A stretch of DNA of 64,000 bases from positions 3,566,507-3,630,506 of the forward strand of contig OY759598.1 of assembly GCA_963662435.1 (NCBI GenBank). The letters are read 5' to 3'. Below are positions 29,584-38,697 of this stretch, piece after piece. Origin of the DNA: Dehalococcoidia bacterium. Its GTDB lineage: Bacteria; Chloroflexota; Dehalococcoidia; Lucifugimonadales; VXLM01. Every line of letters starts with the position of its first letter. The first letter of the stretch is position 1. The notes beneath the pieces are model-generated. The model was not told the origin of the DNA, did not search any database, and worked only from the letters and a program-made list of their open reading frames with translations. Both the position numbers and the translations under genes were made by a program.

Positions 29584-30750
29584 ATGTCTAGAGGTTTTGT
29601 TCGCAGACGATTCGGCATCGCGGCCTTCCTGGTCATGATTGTCAGTGTCTTGCTTGCTGTTGCCTGTACCGGTGAGACCGGTTCTCAGGGAGAGCGGGGC
29701 CCCGCAGGGGAAAGAGGCGCAGCCGGTGCCCAGGGTGCTCAAGGCTCGCAGGGCGAGACCGGGCCACAGGGAGCGACGGGACCTCAAGGCCCCTCTGGGC
29801 CTCGAGGCCCACAGGGAGCCACCGGTCCGCAAGGATTGACCGGTCCGGCAGGCGCGCGCGGTCCGGCAGGACCGGAAGGCCTACCGGGAGTTCCTGGATC
29901 TCAGGGAGCACAGGGATCTCCGGGTGAAAAGGGCGATCAGGGCGACCAGGGCGACACTGGTGCCCAGGGCCCGCAGGGGCCTCAGGGCGAAACCGGTTCG
30001 CAGGGTGAAAAGGGTGATCCGGGTGGCCCGCCAGGACCTCAAGGCGACACCGGTCCCCAGGGTCCCCAAGGTGAGAAGGGCGATCAGGGCGATCAGGGCG
30101 ATCAGGGCGAGAAGGGCGACACCGGCGATCCGGGAGGACCTCAAGGACCTCCGGGCCCGCAAGGCCCCGTCGGACCTCAGGGCCCCATCGGCCAGCGTGG
30201 CATCAAGGGTGATACTGGCCCGCAAGGCCCAGCCGGACCTCAGGGCGAAAGAGGACCTCAAGGCATAGCTGGTGAGCAGGGCGCGCTTGGTGTGCAAGGC
30301 GCGCAAGGTATCCAGGGCGCGCCAGGTGCGCAAGGCGATATGGGCCCGCAAGGACCGGAAGGTCCACAGGGACCGCAGGGACCCGCCGGCCAGCGAGGAC
30401 CCGTAGGACAAGTGGGTGAAGCCGGCCCTCATGGCCCGCAGGGCGAGAAGGGCGATCCCGGTGTGAGCGGTCTGCAGATCGTTACCAAGGACAGCGAGCT
30501 GGACAGCGAGAACAAGTCAGTAACGGTGCTTTGCGAAGAGTCCGGAAGCGAACTGACAGCTATAGCCGGTGGTGGCTTGGTGACATTGGCTAACGGCGCT
30601 GTTGCCTCAAGTATCGCAATCGCTGGTTCGCGCCCAACCGGACTGGCAGGCGAGATCCCGGGTGGATGGGTCGCAAACGCGACTGAAATCGGCGACGTTG
30701 CTTCGAGTTGGAAGCTCACCGTCTACGCAGTCTGCGCTATCGTCCACTAG
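29584..30750 (+). CDS. Collagen-like lipoprotein with C-terminal globular domain
   Basis: Lipoprotein-type signal '..LLAVA-C'; about 800 bp of Gly-X-Y triplets; C-terminal domain 'C..GGG..W..VYAVCA'; AAGGAG RBS. Confidence 0.85.
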   Translation: MSRGFVRRRFGIAAFLVMIVSVLLAVACTGETGSQGERGPAGERGAAGAQGAQGSQGETGPQGATGPQGPSGPRGPQGATGPQGLTGPAGARGPAGPEGLPGVPGSQGAQGSPGEKGDQGDQGDTGAQGPQGPQGETGSQGEKGDPGGPPGPQGDTGPQGPQGEKGDQGDQGDQGEKGDTGDPGGPQGPPGPQGPVGPQGPIGQRGIKGDTGPQGPAGPQGERGPQGIAGEQGALGVQGAQGIQGAPGAQGDMGPQGPEGPQGPQGPAGQRGPVGQVGEAGPHGPQGEKGDPGVSGLQIVTKDSELDSENKSVTVLCEESGSELTAIAGGGLVTLANGAVASSIAIAGSRPTGLAGEIPGGWVANATEIGDVASSWKLTVYAVCAIVH

Positions 30751-30768
30751 ACCTGTAGGAAGACGTAA

Positions 30769-30802
30769 AACAGGCGCGAGGAATTCAGTCCTCGCGCCTG
30801 TT
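30769..30802. terminator. Strong hairpin (putative terminator) after the collagen-like gene
   Basis: AACAGGCGCGAGGA-attcag-TCCTCGCGCCTGTT perfect 14-bp stem; weak U-tract. Confidence 0.65.
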
Positions 30803-31004
30803 CCACATACTTATTCCGTTCAGCGACGTAGCAAGGGCTGAAGTGGTACTTAACCTCTTCAGCCGATTCCTCGAAAGCAACTCCGTTCCTCAAGACTATG
30901 TAGCAGTCCCTGGCACTTAACGGTGTCGGGGACTCATAGGGTTAAGGACAGGACAGCACTGTCTTGGTATTCTTCCCGTTGAAGGACTTTGAAGGACTTT
31001 CGCC

Positions 31005-31769
31005 ATGACAGACAGGATAGACCTCAATTGCGACATGGGTGAGAGCTTCGGAATGTACAAGATGGGCCTTGACGAAGAGGTCATCAAGTACATCAGCTCC
31101 GCAAACGTAGCGTGCGGGTTTCACGCCGGAGATCCCCAGTGGATGCGCGAGACCGTTCGGCTGGCCGAGGCCCACGACGTGGCAGTCGGAGCTCACACGA
31201 GTTTCCCCGACCTCGTCGGTTTTGGGCGCCGAAACATAGAAGTCTCCCCCCAAGAAGCCAAGAACGATGTCATCTACCAGATGGGAGCACTACAGGCGTT
31301 CACGTCCGGGCAACGACTCCAGCACGTGAAACCTCACGGAGCGATGTATAACCGCGCCGTTGTCGATGAGGACCTGGCAAGGTACATTTGCGAAGCCATA
31401 CTCGAGGTGGACACCAACCTCATCCTAATTGCGCTAGCCGGTTCCAGATGGGTAGAAATAGCACAGGACATGGGCCTGCGCGTTGCTCGTGAGATTTTCG
31501 CCGATCGCGCGCTAAACCCGGACGGCACACTCGTCTCGCGGTTGAAGGAAGGCAGCGTACTTCACGATGTAGAGGAAGTCGCCGAGCGAAGTCTCCGCAT
31601 GGTGCGTGAGGGAAGGGCAACAGCCGTAAACGGCGATACTATAGACGTTGAAGCCGACAGCCTTTGTATCCATGGAGATACTCCCGGCGCTGTAGAGATG
31701 GCGAAAGTACTGCGTCAACAGCTCGACACAGAGTCTGTGGCAGTGACGCCCCTGTCGCAACTCGTATAG
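31005..31769 (+). CDS. pxpA: 5-oxoprolinase subunit A (LamB/YcsF)
   Basis: 'IDLNCDMGESFG', 'SANVACGFHAGDP', 'HVKPHGAMYN', 'CIHGDTPGA'. Confidence 0.93.
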   Translation: MTDRIDLNCDMGESFGMYKMGLDEEVIKYISSANVACGFHAGDPQWMRETVRLAEAHDVAVGAHTSFPDLVGFGRRNIEVSPQEAKNDVIYQMGALQAFTSGQRLQHVKPHGAMYNRAVVDEDLARYICEAILEVDTNLILIALAGSRWVEIAQDMGLRVAREIFADRALNPDGTLVSRLKEGSVLHDVEEVAERSLRMVREGRATAVNGDTIDVEADSLCIHGDTPGAVEMAKVLRQQLDTESVAVTPLSQLV

Positions 31770-31778
31770 AATCTCCGT

Positions 31779-32504
31779 ATGTACGAAACGCCGAAATTCC
31801 TTGCCGCTGGCGACAGGGCCATTGTCATCGAGCTTGGAGACGAAATCAGCATTGAGTGCAATCGCCGGATTCACTCTCTTCACAGGGAATTCGTTCGGGA
31901 GAACGTTCCCGGCATCATCGACATTATCCCTACCTACCGATCGATCCTTGTTCAATATGACGTTTCGCTAGTCTCATTTGGTGAACTAAAGGACCGCCTT
32001 TCCGAAGTTGAAGGCAGTTCCGCCGAAGGGGCCGAGGAGAACGTTAACGTCGTCGAGTTACCAGTATTGTACGGTGGTGATTACGGTCCGGACCTCGAAT
32101 ACGTCGCCCGAAATGCGGAAATGGAAGTTGACGAGGTGATTGAACTCCATTCCGGTACGGAATACCCCGTCTACATGATGGGATTCACGCCGGGATTCCC
32201 CTACCTGGGCGGAATGTCGGAACGAATCGCCACCCCGAGGCTTGATACGCCAAGGGGAGTCATCCCAGCCGGTTCCGTCGGGATCGCCGAGGCTCAGACG
32301 GGAGTTTACCCCATCGAAAGCCCGGGAGGATGGAGGCTAATCGGTCGAACGCCTATACGCTTGTTCGATATAACTCGGACTCCTCCGTCGCTGATTGAGG
32401 CAGGAGACCGAGTTCGCTTCTTGCCACTTTCGGGCGAGGAGGAGTACCGAATCATAGAGGAACAAGCTAGGTTGGGCGAGTATACCGAGGCGACTTCAAC
32501 TTAA
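31779..32504 (+). CDS. pxpB: 5-oxoprolinase subunit B
   Basis: 'YGGDYGPDL', 'GFTPGFPYLGG', 'SPGGWRLIGRT'. Confidence 0.93.
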   Translation: MYETPKFLAAGDRAIVIELGDEISIECNRRIHSLHREFVRENVPGIIDIIPTYRSILVQYDVSLVSFGELKDRLSEVEGSSAEGAEENVNVVELPVLYGGDYGPDLEYVARNAEMEVDEVIELHSGTEYPVYMMGFTPGFPYLGGMSERIATPRLDTPRGVIPAGSVGIAEAQTGVYPIESPGGWRLIGRTPIRLFDITRTPPSLIEAGDRVRFLPLSGEEEYRIIEEQARLGEYTEATST

Positions 32505-32508
32505 GAAC

Positions 32509-33639
32509 ATGGGCGTTTCCACTTTCGAAATCCTCGAACCAGGGCTGCTCACGACGGTCCAAGACCGCGGGCGCTTTGGCTATCAACGATACGGTGTGCC
32601 GGTATCCGGGGCCATGGATGAATTCGCCCTTCGCTTGGGGAATCTCATGGCGGGCAACGACCAAGACTCTGCTGCTCTAGAAGTAACAGTGCAGGGTCCA
32701 AGGGTCGAGTTCTTGAACCCCACTTGGATCGCGGTCACCGGCGCCGACATTTCCCCCGAGATTGACGGTCGGCCTCTGCCAATGTGGGAGTCCGTAGAAA
32801 TCGAGGAGGGGAACGTCCTGACCTTTGGCGATCTACGCGACGGAATGCGTTGCTACGTCGCCATTCACGGCGGCATCGACGTCCCTGTCGTCATGGGTAG
32901 CCGCTCGACCTATTTGAAGGGACGTTTCGGTGGCTTGGAAGGCCGCGCGCTGCAGGCGGGTGATCAAATGTCTACACTGCCTTCCAGTCCTGATGCCGTC
33001 TTGCCGAAACGCCTGCCTGATGACTACACGTCCCCGGCCTACGGTGGCATTCATCGGCTCCGCGTGGTCCCCGGCCCACAAGATGACGCTTTCGACGCCA
33101 ACGCCCTCTCAAGGTTCCTGTCTTCCAGGTATAGAGTTGATCCCGGCTCCGACCGCATGGGATACATGCTCGATGGCCCGAAGATCGAACATCGTGAGGG
33201 GGCAGACATCGTTTCGGACGGCAATCCGCCCGGGGCTATTCAGATTCACGGCGACGGTATCCCGCGCATCCTGTTGGCCGACAGGGGTACGACAGGTGGA
33301 TACACCAAGATCGCCACAGTGGCATCTGCAGACCTTCCCAGCCTCGCACAAGCCCTCCCGGGACAGAGCGTGAGTTTCCAGCAGGTGACGGTCGAGGAGG
33401 CTCAGGAAGCAAGGCGTGAACAAGAGTCCGTCATCAGATCCGTCGCCCGGCAAGGAAGCATGCCTGTAATATCCATTTCGCTGGATGATGCCACGTTTAG
33501 GGTCGAGACTGAGGACGGACACCCTGTGACCAGTGAGGCGGCGATGGTCGGACCAATCGAGAAGATGGTCCGGACCGTTGGCGTCATGATCGATGGAGAG
33601 AGCTACGACTTCCGGCTAAGCGTCGAAAAGGAAGCATAG
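32509..33639 (+). CDS. pxpC: 5-oxoprolinase subunit C with a C-terminal extension
   Basis: 'PGLLTTVQDRGR.G', 'GSRST', 'SDRMG', 'TTGGYTKIA'. Confidence 0.9.
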   Translation: MGVSTFEILEPGLLTTVQDRGRFGYQRYGVPVSGAMDEFALRLGNLMAGNDQDSAALEVTVQGPRVEFLNPTWIAVTGADISPEIDGRPLPMWESVEIEEGNVLTFGDLRDGMRCYVAIHGGIDVPVVMGSRSTYLKGRFGGLEGRALQAGDQMSTLPSSPDAVLPKRLPDDYTSPAYGGIHRLRVVPGPQDDAFDANALSRFLSSRYRVDPGSDRMGYMLDGPKIEHREGADIVSDGNPPGAIQIHGDGIPRILLADRGTTGGYTKIATVASADLPSLAQALPGQSVSFQQVTVEEAQEARREQESVIRSVARQGSMPVISISLDDATFRVETEDGHPVTSEAAMVGPIEKMVRTVGVMIDGESYDFRLSVEKEA

Positions 33640-33652
33640 ACGCCGTCCCCCC

Positions 33653-34258
33653 ATGCTGGAGCTTCTCCACGACGTTTCCGACTGGCTGTTGGGCTTTGCG
33701 GATAGCGATTGGGCTATCGCCGTCCTTCTTGTCAGCTCGTTTGCCGAGTCAATCTTCTTTCCCATACCGCCGGACCCGCTTCTATTGGCGGTCGCCCTCG
33801 TTCAGCAGCCGATTGCGGTTCTGCTGGGAGCGCTCGTCGCCGTCGCCTCTGTCGCCGGGGCAATCGTCGGCCATGCGCTGGGGATGCGGCTCGGCAGGCC
33901 TATTCTCGCGAGGATGTTCAGCGAAAGCAGGGTGGCTTACGTTGACCGCCTCTTCGAGAGGTACGGGGTCTGGGCGATACTGATCGCCGCGTTCACACCT
34001 GTGCCCTACAAGGTGTTTGCCATCGCCGCCGGCGTTTGGCACATGGATAGACGCAAATTCATCATCGCGTCGGCGATTGGACGGGGGGCCAGATTCGGCA
34101 CGATTGGGTTGTTGGTCTTCCTATTTGGCGAGGAGATCGAGGCCTTTCTCACAGGTAATTTCGAGCTGTTGACCGTTGGAATAACGGTAATGTCCATAGT
34201 GATTGGAACTGTGTGGTTTATCATCCTTCGCCGCCGTCGACAGGGGACTGCCAAATAG
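33653..34258 (+). CDS. YqaA/DedA family membrane protein
   Basis: 'SFAESIFFPIPPD', 'FTPVPYKVFAIAAG'. Confidence 0.85.
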   Translation: MLELLHDVSDWLLGFADSDWAIAVLLVSSFAESIFFPIPPDPLLLAVALVQQPIAVLLGALVAVASVAGAIVGHALGMRLGRPILARMFSESRVAYVDRLFERYGVWAILIAAFTPVPYKVFAIAAGVWHMDRRKFIIASAIGRGARFGTIGLLVFLFGEEIEAFLTGNFELLTVGITVMSIVIGTVWFIILRRRRQGTAK

Positions 34259-34268
34259 GCAGAACATA

Positions 34269-35369
34269 CTATCCGCCATCTACGTACAACTCCGTCTCCG
34301 GGTTCCAGTCCTTCCACGCGAACCAAAACGACAGGTGGGATGGCGCCCGGTTGAGGTTTGCCCCGGTGAGAGGGCCCTCAGTGGCAACACCGGTGAACGC
34401 CTTCCAGGTTGTGCCTGTCTCTACGTCGCGGAGCATTGCTTGTGTCCCGGTCGCTTCTCCGTGTGCTTCGAAGGTAAGGTCTTGATCGCCCAAGCGGGCC
34501 TCGTACGTGATGCCCGTGTTAGAACTCCTATCGAAAACGACAACTATGCTCATGCCGCCCACCTCGTCGTTGACCACTCCCTGCTTTGCCAAGGTTCCCA
34601 GCGGATAAGCCTTGGCTTTACCACCGATATTGACACCGACGACGAGAGCCTTGGTGTCAAGTCGATCGTCCTTGATACGTTCGCCAATCACACCGGGTTC
34701 TCCACTGGCATAGTAGCCGGAGTACTGGTCACGTTGGAATTGTCCACGCTTATCAAGGACGAGCGTGTCGGGGTATTCGGATTTCCATGCTTCCCACGTC
34801 GTATGCGTAAGGGGCGCCAACTCGAGAGTTGCACCTGTTAGGGGCCCTTGTACTCCTTGGCCGAGAAACTGACTCCACAGCGTATCGGTCTGGTGGTCAT
34901 ACATTACCAATGCGTTCATGATGAGCTTGCCGGACACACCAAAAGTGTACTCTTGACCATCGATGAGCCGGGAATAACCTATTCCCGAGAAACATAACGG
35001 TCACCAAGTCACGGCGATTGGTTTGCCTCCAACTACGTCGTTGACGATTTCGTGTCTGCTCAGCATCGACAGGGCATAGGCCTTGCTTTCCCCGCCGACA
35101 GAGACTCCGAGCACACCCTCCTCATCTGACATCCATCGCTCCGCCTCCGTAGCCGGCACGAATTCCGGCTCCAGGATTGCGGGAATGGCGTCCTTGCCGA
35201 GGAGCCTGACGATCTCGAGCTCGCGGGCATCCCCCGTGTCGGGTCCGTCATCCACGGTAACCGGGTCGATGTCGTATTCCGGCCCCCAAATCAGATAGCG
35301 CGCGGCCGGAACTACCAGGAAGGCGAGCCCTATGATGAGGATGCTAGCAACAAATACTTTCGCCGGCAT
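34269..35369 (-). CDS. DUF3179-family protein; probable selenoprotein (in-frame TGA at 35001-35003 read as Sec), 366 aa
   Basis: The 122-aa and 222-aa ORFs are in one frame: ...AVTW-TGA-PLCFSGIGYSRLIDGQEYTFGVSGKL...; family motifs 'DAIPAI', 'HEIVND', 'LVMYD..T..LWSQ', 'FWFAW'. Confidence 0.85.
34954..35003 (-). promoter_or_regulatory. Putative bacterial SECIS element
   Basis: mRNA: UGACCGUUAUGUUUCU-CGGGAAUA-GGU-UAUUCCCG-GCUCAUCGAUGGUCA; 8-bp apical stem with G-containing loop; UGACC/GGUCA basal pairing. Confidence 0.7.
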
Positions 35370-35621
35370 GAACTCTACTCATGAAAGATGTGGTATCAAA
35401 TTAGATGATGAGTAGAGTGATGGGATTCGCGACATATGGTGGCGTCGGGCGCCCTGTGCTACCCACAACGGATGGAGTGCGAGGGCGGGGTAGAGCACAA
35501 ATATCGCGAGAATATCTCCATACGTACTTGACAAGAAAGGGTAGACTAGGAGTAGAATAAGCTGCGAGCGATGATTTATCACAGGTGATCATAAGCGAAC
35601 GCATTAGGGAGTACGACTAGG

Positions 35622-35750
35622 ATGATAATCAAGCGTACACATCGATCAAGATCTCCCCGACACTCTAGGGGTGCATTTCTGACGATCCGATACTCAGCTG
35701 TCTTCATTGCGTTTGCCATGGGAGTTCTAGCAGTCGGGCTCGTCGTCTAG
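35622..35750 (+). CDS. Putative 42-aa small membrane protein (below the ORF-track cutoff)
   Basis: MIIKRTHRSRSPRHSRGAFLTIRYSAVFIAFAMGVLAVGLVV*: basic N-terminus plus one hydrophobic helix, followed by an intrinsic terminator. Confidence 0.4.
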   Translation: MIIKRTHRSRSPRHSRGAFLTIRYSAVFIAFAMGVLAVGLVV

Positions 35751-35788
35751 GAGACAACCGCCAACCCAATAGAGCTTGGTAACAGACG

Positions 35789-35820
35789 AGGGAGACGGTC
35801 AACCGTCTCCCTTTCGTTTT
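35789..35820 (+). terminator. Rho-independent terminator
   Basis: AGGGAGACGG-tcaa-CCGTCTCCCT followed by TTCGTTTT. Confidence 0.8.
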
Positions 35821-35931
35821 GTCTCCATCTCGGAGAAATTGTATAGACGACGTTAACAGATTAGTATTGCTTAAGCAAAACACAATGTATATACTTCTGC
35901 ATACACTACGTTAGCAGGAGGACAACGGAAC

Positions 35932-37005
35932 GTGCGGACATTACTCATAACAATATCAATATTGGGTTTCATGGTGCTGACGTTGATTGCAGCCTTGTCG
36001 TGTGGCGGGAGCCAGGAATCAACGCAGCCTGCTCCGACACCGGAGCCACAGATCATCGAAGTGCCAAGCAGTCCCGGAACATTGGTCGTTTACTCAGGGC
36101 GAAGTGAGTCCCTGGTCGCACCGATTATCGAGCAGTTCCAAGAGGCGACCGGCATCGAGGTGTCGACAAAATATGGAGGTACCGGGGCGATTGCGGCAAC
36201 GATCCTCGAGGAGGGTAGCAACAGTCCTGCGGACGTGTTCTTTGCACAGGATCCCGGTGGGCTGGGAGCTGTCGCGCAGGAGGGAATGTTCAGCGTACTG
36301 CCAGGCGAGGTTACAAGCCCGGTACCAAGCTGGGCGCAGTCACCCGCCGGGCTCTGGGTCGGGATTTCCGGCCGTGCGCGGACCCTCGTTTACAATACAG
36401 AGAGCCTCACGGAGGACGATCTCCCTGCCTCTATTTTCGACCTGACCGACCCTAAATGGAAAGGCCGGCTGGGCTGGGCTCCGACAAACGGTTCGTTTCA
36501 GGCGATGGTGACGGCCATGCGGGTGTTGTGGGGAGATGAGAGGACAACCGAGTGGCTAGAGGGAATAAAGGCCAACGAACCGGGAATCTATCCCAAGAAT
36601 ACACCCCAGGTCGCGGCTGCGGCTGCGGGTGAGATAGACATTGGGCTCGTCAACCACTACTACCTCCACCGATTCCTCCAGGAGGAGGGCGATGCCTTTG
36701 GTGCGCGGAACTATCACCCGACTGAAGGAGGGCCCGGGAGTCTGGTGTTGGTCGCGGGTGCCGGGATTCTGAAGACGAGCCAGAACCGAGATAACGCCGT
36801 GAAGTTCCTCAAATTCATGCTTTCCACGGTTGGCCAGCAGTATTTCGCTGGGCAGACATACGAGTATCCGCTCGTAGAGGGAGTCAAGACTAACCGTCTT
36901 TTGACACCGCTTGAAGAGATCAACAAGCCGAGGGTCGACATGGCCGACCTGGCCGATCTGGAAGGCACGCAGAGTCTACTTCGCGAGCTAGGCATCCTCG
37001 AATAA
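35932..37005 (+). CDS. Fe3+ ABC transporter substrate-binding lipoprotein (AfuA/FutA-like)
   Basis: Lipobox 'AALSC', 'VVYSGR', 'SPADVF', 'GLVNHYY' tyrosine pair; AGGAGG RBS. Confidence 0.88.
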   Translation: MRTLLITISILGFMVLTLIAALSCGGSQESTQPAPTPEPQIIEVPSSPGTLVVYSGRSESLVAPIIEQFQEATGIEVSTKYGGTGAIAATILEEGSNSPADVFFAQDPGGLGAVAQEGMFSVLPGEVTSPVPSWAQSPAGLWVGISGRARTLVYNTESLTEDDLPASIFDLTDPKWKGRLGWAPTNGSFQAMVTAMRVLWGDERTTEWLEGIKANEPGIYPKNTPQVAAAAAGEIDIGLVNHYYLHRFLQEEGDAFGARNYHPTEGGPGSLVLVAGAGILKTSQNRDNAVKFLKFMLSTVGQQYFAGQTYEYPLVEGVKTNRLLTPLEEINKPRVDMADLADLEGTQSLLRELGILE

Positions 37006-37032
37006 CGTGAGTTCGGAGGCATCGCGGAACCC

Positions 37033-38697
37033 GTGATTGCAACAGGACAATCTCCCCTTGCCGACCCTGCCGGAGAGCACCTCCCCCGGCGGGGCCGGCA
37101 AGACTCTTCCAGGCCCTCGCCCATGATGATCGCGGGCCCGGCAGTGCTTGTTGGCCTCGCCATGCTTCTGCCGATTGCCTACCTGGTTGTACGCAGCGCG
37201 GGAGCAACCACAGAGGCTTGGGAGTTGCTCTTCCGTGTACGCACGCTTCAGATCCTGGGCAATACATTCCTGCTCGTGGTGGTTGTGACGGGGTTATCGA
37301 CAGTTTTGGCAGTGCCCATCGCCTGGCTTACAACCAAGAGCAATCTGCCTTATCGGCGCGTGTGGTCGGTGCTTACTGCCATGCCGTTGGTGGTACCGAC
37401 CTTTGTAGGCGCGTTCCTGTTCGTGTCGGTGCTGGGGCCGCGCGGAGTCTTGCAGCAGATGCTTGAACCCCTGGGGGTCGAACGGTTGCCGGACATTTAT
37501 GGTCTGCCGGGCGCGGCGCTGGTGTTGGTGCTCCTGAGTTATCCGTACATCCTGCTTACCGTAAAGGGAGCCCTTCAAGGCCTAGATCCGGCACTGGAGG
37601 AGACGGCTCGCACTCTGGGTCATGGCAGGTTGAGCACTCTCTACCGTGTGACGCTGCCCCAGCTGCGGCCCGCCGTGATCTCCGGCGCGCTGCTCGTTGC
37701 GCTGTATACGCTGAGCGATTTCGGCGCCGTATCGCTGATGCGGTACCCGACATTCACGTGGGTCATATACCAGCAGTACCAGACGGCGTTCGACCGCAGC
37801 ATCGCGGGGGTGCTGTCGCTGGCCCTGGTCGGGATGGCGCTTGCGATCGTCTTGCTCGACGCGTACACGCGTGGGCGACTCCGGTATCATCGCGCCGGCA
37901 CCGGTGCCTCCAGGAGGACTGTAGATGTGCCCCTGGGTCGATGGAAATGGCCCGCCCTGGCATTCGTGGGTACTGTTGTTGTCCTAGCTCTTGGGATCCC
38001 CGCGGGAGTGCTGGCGCACTGGCTCATAAGGGGAGTTCTCGCGGGCGAGCCGCTTCTACTGCTATGGAACGCGACGGTAAATTCTCTGGTCGTATCGGGA
38101 AGTGCCGCGGTTGTGGCGGCCGCGTGCTCCATTCCGGTCGCGGTTATGGTGGTGAGGTATCCGGGTAAGCTGTCGAGCGCCATAGAGCGCATGAGCTTTA
38201 CGGGATTCGCCCTACCCGGAATCGTGGTGGCCTTGGCGCTTGTCTTCTTCGCAGTGAACTACGCGAGGCCGGTGTATCAGACTGCATGGCTGCTGGTGTT
38301 CGCGTATGTCGTCCTGTTCCTGCCAGCGGCTCTCGGTTCGACCAGGGCTGCGCTGCTCAAGGTGAGTCCGAGATTGGAGGATGCGGCACGAGGATTGGGC
38401 CGCGGTCCGATGCGGACGATGGCATCCGTTACCACACCGCTCATTGCGCCCGGCATAGTTATGGGGGCGGCGTTGGTGTTTCTGATCGCCATGAAGGAGC
38501 TTCCCGCCACGCTGATTCTGGGGCCTCTGGGGTTCAAGACTCTGGCAACCGCTGTGTGGTCGGCTTCGTCGGAGGCCTTCTTCGCCCAGGCGGCGGCTCC
38601 GGCACTCTTGCTGATCGTGATATCCTCAATTCCGATGGCTTACTTGGTGACACGCGATTTCGAGGCGTCGAGCTCCGCCGAGGGCGACGGTTCATGA
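37033..38697 (+). CDS. Fe3+ ABC transporter permease (two-domain)
   Basis: Two EAA-like loops ('LEETARTLG', 'LEDAARGLG'), 'LSDFGAV', 'MKELPATL'. Confidence 0.9.
   Translation: MIATGQSPLADPAGEHLPRRGRQDSSRPSPMMIAGPAVLVGLAMLLPIAYLVVRSAGATTEAWELLFRVRTLQILGNTFLLVVVVTGLSTVLAVPIAWLTTKSNLPYRRVWSVLTAMPLVVPTFVGAFLFVSVLGPRGVLQQMLEPLGVERLPDIYGLPGAALVLVLLSYPYILLTVKGALQGLDPALEETARTLGHGRLSTLYRVTLPQLRPAVISGALLVALYTLSDFGAVSLMRYPTFTWVIYQQYQTAFDRSIAGVLSLALVGMALAIVLLDAYTRGRLRYHRAGTGASRRTVDVPLGRWKWPALAFVGTVVVLALGIPAGVLAHWLIRGVLAGEPLLLLWNATVNSLVVSGSAAVVAAACSIPVAVMVVRYPGKLSSAIERMSFTGFALPGIVVALALVFFAVNYARPVYQTAWLLVFAYVVLFLPAALGSTRAALLKVSPRLEDAARGLGRGPMRTMASVTTPLIAPGIVMGAALVFLIAMKELPATLILGPLGFKTLATAVWSASSEAFFAQAAAPALLLIVISSIPMAYLVTRDFEASSSAEGDGS

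Noticed and set aside
35861..35874. TTAGTATTGCTTAA as a DtxR/MntR-type metal box before the iron ABC operon
   Set aside because: Only a weak, imperfect palindrome in AT-rich DNA; cannot be supported without a motif model.
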